A stretch of 64,000 nt of DNA from Octopus vulgaris (taxonomy: Eukaryota), in contig CATOCA020000001.1 in NCBI GenBank assembly GCA_951406725.2, forward strand, positions 8,990,001-9,054,000, given 5' to 3'. The stretch's first letter is position 1; every line of letters begins with the position of its first letter. Below the pieces are notes generated by a model, which saw only the letters and a list, made by a program, of their open reading frames with translations, did not search any database and was not told the origin of the DNA. This document shows, piece by piece, positions 13,675-31,247 of the stretch. The position numbers and the translations under genes were made by a program.

Positions 13675-13676
<2 letters not shown>
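10682..13676 (+). mobile_element. Near-complete ORF2 of a CR1/L2-group LINE (APE endonuclease + RT), one frameshift near 13075
   Basis: APE motifs LTETHL, GLYRPP, MGDFNLP and LSDHD. RT motifs NYRPISLTS, QHGFR, YLDFSKAFD, SGVPQGTVLGPLLF and FADD. C-terminus LEYCCPLWSP..YSLQRRRERY to 13589. Tail is (TTCTAAGTTA)2, inserted in (TA)n. Confidence 0.95.
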
Positions 13677-13706
<30 letters not shown>

Positions 13707-13810
13707 CACATGTATGTATATATGTATGTATATATGTATGTATATATGTATGTATGTATATATCTATATATATCTATATATATATGCATGCATATAACTA
13801 TGTATATATG

Positions 13811-13863
<53 letters not shown>

Positions 13864-13946
13864 GTATGTATATATGTATGTATATATGTATTTATGTATA
13901 TATGTATGTATGTATATATATATATCTATATATATATACATGCATA

Positions 13947-13984
<38 letters not shown>

Positions 13985-14040
13985 CATACATGTATATATT
14001 TATGTATATATGTATATATTTATGTATATATACATGTATG

Positions 14041-14071
<31 letters not shown>

Positions 14072-14100
14072 ATATATATTTGTATGTATGAGTATAAGCG
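13677..14100. repeat. (TA)n/(TATG)n low-complexity tract
   Basis: Direct inspection; a paralogous tract lies at ~19000-19340. Confidence 0.95.
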
Positions 14101-14409
14101 TATGTATGAGTATGTATGAGAAGGAGAAATTTTTTTCAAGAATATTGTTTACTTTAATATTTTTGTCTTTGTGAAATAGATGTTGGTTGGATTATGTTCT
14201 TCGTTATCTTTGTATTAATGGCGGGGGAGAAGGATGGCGTTCCAGTGTCTTGTTTATTTGAACTCATAAAATTATGTGTAATTAAAATTACTTCATCAGT
14301 AAATGAAGGATTTAAAAATATTCTTCCTTCCCCCCATCCCCCCATCCACTCTAATACTCCAATATAAATATCTTTTATAGGTAATTCCAGCCTGAAGAAT
14401 TCAATATGT

Positions 14410-14446
<37 letters not shown>

Positions 14447-15604
14447 TTTTAGTCAGTTGTCTGTTTGCTCAACAATATCAAAAATATGTTTGGGAAATTA
14501 TTGGCAGATACATTCGTTTGCTTCCTGGAAAACTGAAAATTGAGAATAATTTTTTAGCCTGAAGAGAAGGTGTGGAAGGATGAGCGGGAGGAGAGGTGGT
14601 GGTCATGGGGAAGACTCTTGTAAAGGATTATTCCTGTTGAAATTAAGTAATGAGATTATTAACTGAAAATATGTAAACTTGTCTTGTTCAATTATCAATG
14701 TCCCTTAAGTGTTGCATTATCTACACAAGTGCAATCTCTGAAATAATTTGAAAACAGCTAAATTGAATTGAGAAGAAATAATTAAATTAAAAACAGAATA
14801 CATTGATAATGCTTGTTCTTTTCTGAAGAATTATATTTGACAGAAGGAATTACACAATGTTGTTGTTTTTAACAATGCTGTTCAAATATTTGCTTTTAAA
14901 TTTCTCATTTTTATATTAAAAAATATATAACACTGCTCCTAATGAAAACTGTTTTTCTTTTCTTTTTATCTTGTTTTAAATTTTTAAATTTAAAAATCAA
15001 ACAAAATGTATTAAGGGGGTAAAACGTAGTGACTTCATACAAAATTTTAATATGAAACAAATTCACAAACTGGAATAAAAACAAAAAAAATTATCATACT
15101 TCAAATAAACTTGCAGACATAAGTCCATTAAAGGCATCATTATGAAAACATATTCAAAATTTGGTTATTAATAACCAAATAGTAGAAACCGATTGACAAG
15201 ATGAGACATTTCAAATAGATTTTTTTATAATGAACTGCTGTCAAATGTAAATAAAGGAAATGTTAACACAGGAGATAATGACTGCGAACGATCTGCTAAT
15301 TAAAGTGCAATTAGCAACATGGGTGATGGTTTAATTAGCAACACTCACTGGTAAAGAAAAACAGGGATTACCTCCCCTTGCCTTTCAACTCCATCCAAGC
15401 ATGTTCCATGCATTAAATACCTGCCAGTTGTTACTTGGGGATTCGACAGGATTGTTAGCGGATTGCTTAGAATGTATTGAAGTAGTCATTCTGGCATTCT
15501 GTGCCCTGAGTTCAAATCCCATCAACGTCAACTTTGCTTTTTCATTCTTTCAATACAACATCAGGTACTGAAAGGAATACATCATTATATTTTGCACTCT
15601 CTCA

Positions 15605-15665
<61 letters not shown>

Positions 15666-16355
15666 TTGAAAGATTTCCACTGTGGTTTGACAGAGAGAGG
15701 GGTTAGCTACATCATGTTTAAAATACCCAAATATGAGTGTGAGGAAGGCGTCCTTATGATTCTGACAACATATGATGACTGAAGACAGGGAATGGATATG
15801 AATAGACCCCCTCATCAATAGATATACCCAATACTCAATCCTATTGAACAACCACAGTTATCTGTGGTAGTAGTAAGTACATCAGATAAAAATGCTATCT
15901 GATGCGTCTACTGAAAATCTAAGCAGGGTCCTGTCAAACTGTTCCTGTCTATTTATTTGCACAAGCTAATAATGAACCAATGAGAGATCGTGTATGTGGT
16001 GGTTAGGTCTGTTAGATGTAGCAGCCACATCTGCCTCGTATCTTAAAACAAGGACATGTGAACTCACATGGTTATATGGTCATTGCAAATAGGAAAAAGA
16101 CAGGATGGTCACAGCTAGAATGCTTTTGATCTCAGGCCTGCACAGTCAGGGTTGACCAAGGGCTAAGCAATAAATTTGTTCACAAGGGATGTATGTATGT
16201 TTATCCCTCCAACACCGATTGACAACCGGTGCTATTGTGTTCATGTCCCCGTAACTTAGCGTTTCGTCAAAAAGAGAAAGATAGATTAAATACTAGGCCC
16301 ACAAAGAATAAGTCCTGGTTTCGATTTTCTCGAATAAAGGCGCTGCTGCGGCATG

Positions 16356-16408
<53 letters not shown>

Positions 16409-16947
16409 GCCGATAGTTTAAATACTAGGCCTACAAAGTATAAGTCCTGGTGTCGATTTACACGAATAAAGGCATTGCTCCACCATGGCCGCAGTCAAAT
16501 GATTGAAAAATTAAGTGTATAAAATAGAAAATAACCAGAAAAGTTTATATTCTCTTAACTACATATAAGGGAGATAACTGAAAATCAACTTTTAGAGTTA
16601 CTTCCCTTTACATATTAATAAAAGACATGACAGTTTAAGATGTAGGTGCGTTTGTTTTTCGCATGCGAAGGGCATGCTTGCATTCCTGCAAGAAGAGACA
16701 AACATACACATGAAAATTTTCTGCTATTCACTTTAACAAATAGACATTGACTAGCTTATAATTTACATTTAATTACACCTGAAAACTATGTAAAGTTCTC
16801 ACCCTATCCAGTACTACCCTTTGGACATGATCGGGTTTTCTTTTGTTTTAGATAGTATATATGCGTATGTGGGTATAGACACGTGTATATGTATGAATGC
16901 ATGCATTTATGTATATAAATATATATATATATATGTATATATGTATT

Positions 16948-18416
16948 AAACAAATCGCTTGCCGTGAATTACCGTCCAATCTCACTCACCTCTCATATCA
17001 TTAAGGTATTTGAGAGAGTGCTGAGATAGCGTATGACTCACTTCCTCGGCAGTCATAATATGCTGAACTCCAACCAGCATGGATTCCGTAATGGAAGAGA
17101 TTGCCTGACGCAGCTACTGCATCATTTTGATGTCATTTTGAGAGCATTGGGAGAGGGCTCCAACACTGATGTCATCTTCCTTGATTTCAGCAAGGCCTTT
17201 GACAGGGTTAATCATAAGATCCTTTTGAGAAAGCTGTCCAATATTGGTGTCACTGGAAAGCTGCTGCAGTGGATCAAGTGCTTCCTGTCTAACAGAACCC
17301 AACATGTTGTAGTCGAAGGAGTCAAATCCAGCCCAGCCAAAGTCAGCAGTGGTGTCCACAAGGCACTGTGTTGGACACACTTCTCTTCATCATCTATATT
17401 AATGATATTACTGACACCATCAAACACAATAACATCAGAACTTTCGCTGATGATTCCAAGCTCCAGAAGGTCATCAATGGCGTGGATGACCGAATAAGCC
17501 TTCAGTCAGACCTACTGGCTGTTCTCCAATGGGCGGAAAAGAATAACATGTTACTAAACGAAGACAAATTCGAACTGATCCACTTTGGAAGGGAGGACGC
17601 TCTAAAACTCCCATACTCCCTTCCTTCTGGAGAAATCTCATGGCGTCTAACAACATCAGAGACTTGGGAGTAACAGTGGACAACAACATAAGCTGGGCTA
17701 CACATATAAGCAGCAAAGTTGATATGGCCCGCAGAATGTGTTTCTGGATTCTCAGAACCTTCCAGTCGAGAGATTCCCACACCATTATCCTTCTCTTCTC
17801 CACTTTTGCCCGACCCCACCTTGAATACTGCTGTCCACTGTGGTCTCAATACACAAAACAAAATATTATGAGAATTGAAGCTCCCCAACGGTCAATCACA
17901 AAAAAGATAGATGGCATGTCAGACCTTGACTACTAGGGTAGACTAGAGAAACTGAAACTGTATTCACTCCAACGACGCCGTGAACGCTACATTATCTGTA
18001 TGATGTGGAAAATATTCCATCAGCACTGTCCAAATGATGTTGGCATCACCTTCAAAATACATCCAAGGCTTGGACCACGTGCCATCCGTCCACAACAAAA
18101 ATCTAAATCGCACCACATAACGACAATACGGCACAATTATTTCATCTCAATTGGAACCGCTCTCTTCAACATTACACCAGGACACGTCAAAACAGACACT
18201 GACCACAGAAAATTCAAGAAGTCTTTGGACAAATTCCTTCAAACAGTCCCGGACAAACCACCCACACCCGGATATGTCTCCGCAAACAATAACTCTCTGC
18301 TCGAATGGGCCTTGGTGCCCAAATCCTGAACTGAAAGACTTCGCCAGGTGGTGCTATTAAGTTAGACATGGCCTGGGCCAATACTGGCCAAAACCTTTCT
18401 AAGTTATTCTAAGTTA
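16948..18416 (+). mobile_element. Disrupted paralogous copy of the 10.7-13.7 kb LINE (RT and C-terminus only)
   Basis: Aligns to 12205-13676. Stops at 17027-17029 and 17934-17936; frameshifts near 17356 and 17637. Confidence 0.93.
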
Positions 18417-18791
18417 TATAAATATATATATATATATATCAAACTAGAATCATTGAGGAAGCAAATACAAAGTCAACCGCATGTCATTTCATAATTCGAA
18501 CATTTAATTATAGAATAAACATATAACCCGCAAGATGGAAGAAAATTCATATGTACGGCACGTAATAATAATAATATGGTATGGTGCGAGAAAAATTCTT
18601 ATCTTTAAAACTTAGAATTAATATTCTAGCGATTCAAAGAGAATACATTTATAAAAGGACGTATAAAGTAAAATATAATATAAGCAATATATAAAAATAT
18701 ATAGGTATATAAAAATATAGACATATAAAAATATATAAAACATATATAAATATATATACATATAGGAGCATATAAAAAATATAATATAAAT

Positions 18792-18988
18792 ATATATATA
18801 TATCGTGTAAATAAAGTAAAATAAGGTTCATCGTTTAGAAATCTTAATCAGGTAAAATAAGCCTTATATATAATGGCCATAGGGATAAGTAAACATGATT
18901 TCCTTCTTATATATAAGGCTTATTTTACCTGATTAAGATTTCTAAACGATGAACCTTATTTTACTTTATTTACACGATATATATATAT
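18792..18988. repeat. Perfect inverted repeat, ~82-bp arms with a 33-bp spacer
   Basis: 18792-18873 is the reverse complement of 18907-18988. Confidence 0.93.
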
Positions 18989-19200
18989 TATATATATAAC
19001 TGTATGTATATATGTATGTATATATGTATGTATGTATATATCTATATATATCTATATATATCTATATATATATGCATGCATATAACTATGTATATATGTA
19101 TGTATATATATACACATGTATGTATATATGTATGTATATATGTATTTATGTATATATGTATGTATGTATATATATATATATCTATATATATACATGCATA

Positions 19201-19236
<36 letters not shown>

Positions 19237-20138
19237 CATACATACATACATACATGTATATATTTATGTATATATGTATGTATGCATATATATATATATA
19301 CATGTATATATATATATATGTATGTATGAGTATAAGCGTATGTATGAGTATGTATGAGAAGGAGAAATTTTTTTTCAAGAATATTGTTTACTTTAATATT
19401 TGTGTCTTTGTGAAATAGATGTTGTTTGGATTATGTTCTTCGTTATCTTTGTATTAATGGCGGTGGAGAAGGATGGCGTTCCAGTGTCTTTTGTTTATTT
19501 GAACTCATAAAATTATGTGTAATTAAAATTACTTCATCAGTAAATGAAGGACTTAAAAATATCCTTCCTTCCCCCCATCCGCATCCACTCTAATACTCCA
19601 ATATAAATATGTTTAATAGGTAATTCCAGCCTGAAGAATTCAATGTTATATAATAATGATAAGTCATTAAAGACATCATTATGAAATCATATTCAAAATT
19701 TGGTTATTAATAACCAAATAGTAGAAACCGATTGACAAGATGAGACATTTCAAATAGATTTTTTTATAATGAACTGCTGTCAAATGTAAATAAAGGAAAT
19801 GTTAACACAGGAGATAATGACTGCGAACGATCTGCTAATTAAAGTGCAATTAGCAACATGGGTGATGGTTTAATTAGCAACACTCACTGGTAAAGAAAAA
19901 CAGGGATTACCTCCCTTGCCTTTCAACTCCATCCAAGCATGTTCCATGCATTAAATACCTGCCAGTTGTTACTTGGGGATTCGACAGGATTGTTAGCGGA
20001 TTGCTTAGAATGTATTGAAGTAGTCATTCTGGCATTCTGTGCCCTGAGTTCAAATCCCATCAACGTCAACTTTGCTTTTTCATTCTTTCAATACAACATC
20101 AGGTACTGAAAGGAATACATCATTATATTTTGCACTCT

Positions 20139-20188
<50 letters not shown>

Positions 20189-20737
20189 TTTTCTTTGAAA
20201 GATTTCCACTGTGGTTTAACAGAGAGAGGGGTTAGCTACATCATGTTTAAAATACCCAAATATGAGTGTGAGGAAGGCGTCCTTATGATTCTGACAACAT
20301 ATGATGACTGAAGACAGGGAATGGATATGAATAGACCCCCTCATCAATAGATATACCCAGTACTCAATCATATTGAACAACCACAGTTATCTGTGGTAGT
20401 AGTAAGTACATCAGATAAAAATGCTATCTGATGCGTCTACTGAAAATCTAAGCAGGGTCCTGTCAAACTGTTCCTGTCTATTTATTTGCACAAGCTAATA
20501 ATGAACCAATGAGAGATCGTGTATGTGGTGGTTAGGTCTGTTAGATGTAGCAGCCACATCTGCCTCGTATCTTAAAACAAGGACATGTGAACTCACATGG
20601 TTATATGGTCACTGCAAATAGGAAAAAGACAGGATGGTCACAGCTAGAATGCTTTTGATCTCAGGCCTGCGCAGTCAGGGTTGACCAAGGGCTAAACAGC
20701 ACATTTTATTATTAGTATTGTTGTTGTTATTGTTGTT

Positions 20738-21170
20738 AAGGTGACGGAAATGTGAGCACATCAGGCAAAACGCTTAGTAGCATTTCTTCTGACTTTACAT
20801 TCCAAATTCTGATTACCATGAAGCTGACTTTGCCTTTCATCCTGTTAGGGTCAGTAAAATAGGTACCAGTTGAATACTGGGGTTGATTAATGGACTATAT
20901 ATTCCACTTTACCAAAATTATTTTTATCTTCATCATCATCATCAACATCTTCATCATTATGGCGGCAAGTTGGCAGAAACATTAGCACATTGGACAAAAT
21001 GCTTAGCAGCATTTTATTCACCTTTATGTTCTGAGTTCAAATTCCACCAAGGTAGACTTTGACTTTCATCCTTTCAGGGTCAATAAATTAACTATCAGTG
21101 AAACACTGGGGTCATTGTAATTGACTAATCATCCTTCCCCAAATTTCAGGCCTTCTGCCTTTAGTAGAAG
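20738..21170 (+). mobile_element. Two degenerate copies of tRNA-derived SINE family C (~20738-20900 and ~20960-21170)
   Basis: GGCGGCAAGTTGGCAGAA..CTGAGTTCAAATTCC..GACTTTGCCTTTCATCC core, matching the minus-strand copy at 24812-25043. Confidence 0.7.
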
Positions 21171-24724
<3,554 letters not shown>

Positions 24725-24811
24725 CATATCTATTGATGTCGATCTCTCTCCGTCTCAGTCACTCTCTCTCTTTTCTCCCTTATTATATATATGTCGCTAT
24801 ATAACTCCGGC

Positions 24812-25043
24812 TTAATTGTTTATTGCTCACAAGGGGCTAAACATAGAGGGGACAAACAAGGACAGACAAACGGATTAAGTCGATTTCATCGACCCCAGTG
24901 CGTAACTAGTACTTAATTTATCGACCCCGAAAGGATGAAAGGCAAAGTCGACCTCGCCGGAATTTGAACTCAGAACGTAACGGCGGACGAAATGCCACAA
25001 AGCATTTGGTCCGGCAGGCTAACGTTTCTGCCTGCTCGCCGCC
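24812..25043 (-). mobile_element. Full-length tRNA-derived SINE family C
   Basis: Minus-strand head GGCGGCGAGCAGGCAGAAACGTTAG, B box GAGTTCAAATTCC, A-rich 3' end. Confidence 0.8.
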
Positions 25044-26049
25044 TTCCTATTGATTCTCTTACTTCATACTCTGTTTTCCTCACATCTGCTTTCTCCTCTC
25101 TCTCTCTCTTTCCTACCCTCTCCCTCTCTCTCTCTCTCCATTCCTCGCCTCTACATCATATATTCGAGTTATCCCTCTTTCTCTCCTTTCTCTCACCATC
25201 TCGTTACACATTCATTTCAATCTCTCCACCTCCCTTGCTACATCACTTACCTTATCCTCTCCCTCACTTGCCGCAACTCTGTCTCATACTCACCCCTCTC
25301 TTTCTCTGTTACCCCCATGCATTAACCTATCACACCCCGCCCTCTCCCTTTTCCCACTCCCCCCACCGCATTATACATTACCCTTTCCCTCTTCCTTTAA
25401 TTTTATTTCTCAGACGCTTCTGTCCTTCTAATAAATTATATTTTCAGATTTGCCTTAAAATTGTTTTCTTGTTTACGTTGATTACTAACTAATTAATTAT
25501 TTAATTAACTTAATGAAAATAGTTCAGTCATTGAAGGACAATTTAAGAAACCTTTATTAAAAGAATTGTCTTATAGAGGACTTCACATCATGCTAGAAAT
25601 AACTGTCAAGTGCACAGAAATTTGTGTTCTTTTTCATAGAGAACTGAAAGGTCTTAAAGAATCATAAATCTGCCCCCGTCAAAGTGGTCAGTATTGATGC
25701 TGAAAACACAAACCAAGGGACTTCAAATTCCCTTTGTTTATCCTTTTTTATGTATGTAAGTGAAGGATAACTTCAGAAAACTTTATGAAGCAATCTGACC
25801 CCTATATTGTCTCGCATCATTCAAGAAAGACCAACGATGCTTCGTATTGTTCTACAGGTGGTCCGGTATCTTGCTAGAAATAATAGCTCATTGTATCATT
25901 TTCATGCACGATTGAAGGATACTTTAAAAAGCATCTGGAGAAATATTGTCCATCTGGTGGTCTTACGTGATGCTAGAAATAACAGCCACGTACGCTAAAA
26001 TTTTGTATTGTTTTCCTATAAGAAATAAGGACACTTAAAAAACCCTCTA

Positions 26050-26848
26050 CACACACACACACATATCCTTCGCTGTGCTTCTCCAATTCTTTCACTCCCT
26101 CTCTCAACCGATACACTCCCTCTCCCATCTTTGTCTCAGAGGAGACCCCCTCACTCTCTCTCTCTCTCTCTCCCTCTTTACCACCTCATATATCATAATA
26201 TCCCTCTACTTTTGCTTTCTCGCCCACGTCAATCCCTCCCCCCTCAATTTCCAAACCTCTCTGTCGCCATCTCTCTCTCTCTCCCCCCACCTCATTATAT
26301 GACTACGCCTTCTTTGCTTTTATCTCTTACCTCATACTTTCCCTCTTTTGCTAAGCTTATATATCCCTCTTTACTCCCTTTCTATCTCTCTCTCTATCAG
26401 TCTCTCTCTCTCTCTCTCTCTGTCGCTTTGTCTGTCTCATTATTTGCCTCTCTCTTTCTCACTCTCTTTTCTTACTCTCTCTCTCTCTCTATCTTCCAAC
26501 CCCTGTCACTGTCACTCCCCCTCTCTCTCTCTTACCTCATTATATATTAACTCTCCGCCTATTTTCTCCTTGTCTCTCAACTCCTACTCTCCCTCTCTAT
26601 CAATTATGTTTTGTTCTAATCCTCTCTCTCTCTCTCTCTCCTTCTTACTCTCCATCTTTCTCCCTCTCTTTCCGTCTCTCGCTTTTTCTCCCACTCACTC
26701 TCCCTCCTCCTCTCTTCAAAGAACGAAAGAATCACTTCGACTTTCTTTATTTCTTCCTTTCTTTCTTCCTTTCTTTCTTACTTTCTTTCTTTCCTGCTTT
26801 CTTTCTTTCTTTCTTTCCTTCTTTCTTTCTTTCTTTCTTTCTTTCCTG

Positions 26849-26895
<47 letters not shown>

Positions 26896-27389
26896 TCCTT
26901 CTTCCTTTCTTTCTTTCTTTCTTTCTTTCGTTCTTTCTTTCCTTTCTTTCTTCCTTCCTTTCTTTTTCTTTCTTTCTTTTCTTTCTTTCTTTCTTTCCTT
27001 TCCTTTCCTTCTTTCTCTCTTTCTTTCTTTCTTTCTTCCTTCTTTCTTTCTTTCTTTCTTTCTTGTTTCTTTATCTTTTTGAGCATTTGCTTCTTTTTTC
27101 TTCCTTTACATATTTCCTTCTTTCCTTGTTTTCTTGTTCTTTCTCTCTTTCTTTCCTCTTCCTTTTTATCCTTCTTTCTTTCTCACCTTTTTCCTTTCCT
27201 TCTTTTCTTCTTTCTTTCGTTTTTGTTTCTTTTGTTTTTCTCTTTCCTTTTTCTCTCAAACATTCTCTCTATCTTTTTTTATTTCTTTCCTTCTTTCATT
27301 CATTCTTTCTTTCTATTTGTCTCTAGCCTTGTTTCCTTCTTTTATTCATTATTTCTCACTTACTATCTTCTATTCTCTCTCTCTTTCTT

Positions 27390-27424
<35 letters not shown>

Positions 27425-27613
27425 ATTTGTCTCTAGCCTCGTTTCCTTCTTTCATTCATTCTTCCTCTCTTACTATCTTCTATTCTCTCTCTCTCATTCT
27501 CTCTCTCTTTCTCTCTTTCCTTCTCTCTTTCTTTCTTTCTATTTGTCTCTAGCCCCGTTTCCTTCTTTCATTCATTCTTTCTCTCTTACTATCTTCTATT
27601 CTCTCTCTCTCAT

Positions 27614-27644
<31 letters not shown>

Positions 27645-27831
27645 ATTTGTCTCTAGCCTCGTTTCCTTCTTTCATTCATTCTTCCTCTCTTACTATCTTC
27701 TATTCTCTCTCTCTCATTCTCTCTCTCTTTCTCTCTTTCCTTCTCTCTTTCTTTCTTTCTATTTGTCTCTAGCCCCGTTTCCTTCTTTCATTCATTCTTT
27801 CTCTCTTACTATCTTCTATTCTCTCTCTCTT

Positions 27832-27862
<31 letters not shown>

Positions 27863-28245
27863 ATTTGTCTCTAGCCTTGTTTCCTTCTTTCATTCATTCT
27901 TTCTCTATTACTATCTTCTATTCTCTCCCTCTCTTTCTCTCTCTCTTTCCTTCTTTCTTTCTTTCTATTTGTCTCTAGCCTTCTTTCCTTCTTTCATTCA
28001 TTCTTTCTCTCTTACTATCTTCTATTCTCTCTCTCTCTCTCTCTTTCTCTATTTCTTTCTTTGTATTTGTCTCTAGCCTTGTTTCCTTCTTTCATTCATT
28101 CTTTCTCTCTTACTATCTTCTATTCTCTCTCTCTCTCTCTCTTTCTTTCTCTCATTCTTTCTTTCTTTCTTTCTATTTGTCTCTAGCCTTGTTTCCTTCT
28201 TTCATTCATTCTTTCTCTCTTACTATCTTCTATTCTCTCTCTCTT

Positions 28246-28278
<33 letters not shown>

Positions 28279-28558
28279 CTATTTGTCTCTAGCCTTGTTT
28301 CCTTCCTTCATTCATTCATTCTCTCTTACTATCTTCTATTCTCTCTCTCTTTCTCTCTCTCTTTCTTTCTCTCTTTCTTTCTTTCTTTCTTTCTATTTGT
28401 CTCTAGCCTTGTTTCCTTCTTTCATTCATTCTTTCTCTCTTACTATCTTCTATTCTCTTTCTCTTTCTCTCTTCTTTCTTTCTTTCTTTCTTTCTTTCTA
28501 TTTGTCTCTAGCCTTGTTTCCTTCTTTCATTCATTCATTCTCTCTTACTATCTTCTAT

Positions 28559-28637
<79 letters not shown>

Positions 28638-28696
28638 ATTTGTCTCTAGCCTTGTTTCCTTCTTTCATTCATTCTTTGTCTCTTACTATCTTCTAT

Positions 28697-28745
<49 letters not shown>

Positions 28746-28818
28746 ATTTGTCTCTAGCCTTGTTTCCTTCTTTCATTCATTCATTCTCTCTTACTATCTT
28801 CTATTCTCTCTCTCTCAT

Positions 28819-28869
<51 letters not shown>

Positions 28870-29400
28870 ATTTGTCTCTAGCCTTGTTTCCTTCTTTCAT
28901 TCATTCTTCATTCTTCTCTTACTGTCTTCTATTCTCTCTCTCTCTCTCCTTCCCCTCTTTCTCTCTCTCATTCTCATCTCGTTCTTTATTACAGAATCAC
29001 TTCACGTGTTTTTCTTTCTTTCCATCTTTCTTCCTCACTTTCTTGTTTTGTTTCTTCTTTCTTCCTTCATTTCATTATTCCTTCTTTCCATCTTTTCTTT
29101 CTTTCTTTTTCCCTCCCATCCTTCCCTTCTTTCTTCTTTTCTCTCTTGATTTCCTTCTTTCTCGTTGTCTCTTCCTCCCTCTCTCCTCTCACTTTCTCTT
29201 TTGTCATCTCTGTAACCCCATCTCTCAATCCTCCCTGTCTCTCTCTCTCTCTCTCTCTCCTTCAAACCCATCTCTTTGTCTCCCTCTTCTTCTCTCTCTT
29301 TAACTCTGACCCTTCCTGTATCTGACTGTCTGTCTGTCTACCTGTGTGTCTCTCTCCTTTTCTTTGCTTCTCTCTCTCTCTCTCTCACCTCATTATTTAT
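26050..29400. repeat. Long pyrimidine-rich (CT/CTTT) low-complexity tract
   Basis: Direct inspection. Confidence 0.95.
27290..28930 (+). repeat. Minisatellite, ~15 units of ~100-140 bp (constant core plus variable CT/CTTT spacer)
   Basis: The core TATTTGTCTCTAGCC..TTTCCTTCTTTCATTCATTC..CTTACTATCTTCTATTC recurs from ~27313 to ~28870. Confidence 0.92.
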
Positions 29401-29449
29401 TACTCTACCATTCTGCCTCTCTTCCCATTTATAAGTCTGAAACCTATTT

Positions 29450-31247
29450 AGGGGTAATTTGGGGTCACTAAGTTTTAAAATTGCAATATTTTTCTTTTCT
29501 ATCACATCACGTGATATTTCCCTATAGACTGGTCCATATTAACCCACCCATAGCTCCATCTTTCAGAAATTTCTCGATGTGTTTTTGGTAGAGTAGCTTA
29601 GCAGTAAGAATCTCAGAGTCAGTTGAGCATTCAGTGAGTGAGGTTGTGACGCTCTGTTGGCCTCGTATACATACATGTATAGAAGTGTGTTTCCTAATAT
29701 CTCTGAGCTTCAACGCTCGGTCGTCTCAATCTGCTTTGTTAATCTCTTCTTACTATCAACAAATGTACAAAAGACATCATCGTTAAACATTTCTGTTGAA
29801 TATTTATTTTATCCAAGTATTTCGACATCTATTTAGACAAACCTAGATACATAAATATGCTCTTTGTTCTTTTCTCTCTTTTCACATTTATCTCCTGAAA
29901 TAATGCAGAGGTTCAGTCGCATGGTGTCATTGCGAAGGAAATGATTGAAATTCCCTGACACCTGTGGGTGTTTTACAGTATCAAGTCCAAGAATGAACAT
30001 TGCTCAATTGACTTACCTGAAGATTAAAGTTGGCAATCGGTATAAATCATGGGTCCCGCTCAATATATGTAAACCCGGTGCCGAAAAATCTATGCCAATC
30101 GACAAAGGACTCAAACAAACAACTAACTTTTGGCATTCCTATGGCATGGTAAGAACCGAAGAACCATATTAAAGATTGCTACTTTTGTCTCACAAATTCT
30201 TCTGGTTATAGCAAGAGATTGCGACAGAACAAATCTGGATTCATCAAATCGTCCAATGTTTCACCCAGAACCCAGTTTCAAGGATCTACCGTCATTGCAA
30301 GATAAAACTGGTATATGTGAAGTAGATGTAAAACATGAAGATGACAGTGATACAGACTTTGTAGTAAGATCGACCAAAGAACGTGAAAACCAGGCAGAAC
30401 TCAAGTATTTCGTTAGAGACCTACGACTGTCACAAGAGTTATCGGAACTTATCTTCTAGGCTTAAAGAGAAGAATGTGTTGCAGAAACGTGACTTTTTAT
30501 CAGAACAAAGAAAAAGTCCTCTTAGCATTCATTACAACTGAAAATTATTTTGTTTACTGTTGTGACGTGGCGGGGCTGTTAAATGCGATGGGTGGTGGAT
30601 ACTATGACCGTTGTGAGTTTATAGATAGCTGAAAGAAGTGTCTAAAATGTTTGTTAGTCCAAAATTGAAACTTGTTTGCTGCGCTTCCTATTGGTCACTC
30701 TGTGAACTTAAAATAGAATTATGATCACATAAAAGTTGAATTAGATTTACCCAAATCTGATGAACACAAATGGGTCATATGTGTGGATCTAAAAATGCTC
30801 AACTTTTTACTTGGTCAACAAAGAGTTTACACAAAACATCCGTCTTTCCTGGGTTTATGCGATAACCAAACGAGAGACAATCATAGAGAGTGGAAACTCT
30901 GGCAAGTAAGGAAAAGTTTGACTTCTGGAGAGAAGAATATCATACACGAAACACTTGTTGAGCGAGAGAAAATCATCTTCTCAACCCTTCATTTTAAACT
31001 AGGACTAATGAAGTAATATATCGAAGCTCTTAATGTGGAGAGTAGCTGTTTCGAATTCATATGTTTAGCATTTCCTGTGTTATGATAAAATAATGGATGG
31101 TGTTTTTTGATGGGTCACAAATCCGAAAGTTAATGAAATGCCAGACATTCTCGTGCTCGAGGACTGACGTAGAAAAAAGAGCATGGGATTCATTTGTGGC
31201 TGTTGTGAAAGGATTCGTAGCGAGTGAAAAGGCTGAGAACTACAATA
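29450..31247 (+). pseudogene. Degenerate DNA-transposon transposase, probably Chapaev3 (CMC)-like; 3' part cut off by the Penelope insertion
   Basis: Fragments ELKYFVRDLRLSQELSEL, CVDLKMLNFLLGQQRVYTKHP, LHFKLGLMK, FDGSQIRKLM and EKRAWDSFVAVVKGF occur in order with many stops and frameshifts. The family assignment is from remembered motifs. Confidence 0.7.

Larger units (their letters stand above)
16190..20696. repeat. Tandem segmental duplication, copy 2 (two deletions and one insertion relative to copy 1)
   Basis: Lacks ~10580-12204 and ~14448-15120 of copy 1. Carries extra sequence at ~18439-18990. Confidence 0.9.

Noticed and set aside
13664-14119. Y/I/M/C-rich ORFs (also at 19.0-19.4 kb, 58.5-58.9 kb and 61.6-61.9 kb)
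   Set aside because: These are translations of (TA)n/(TATG)n tracts.
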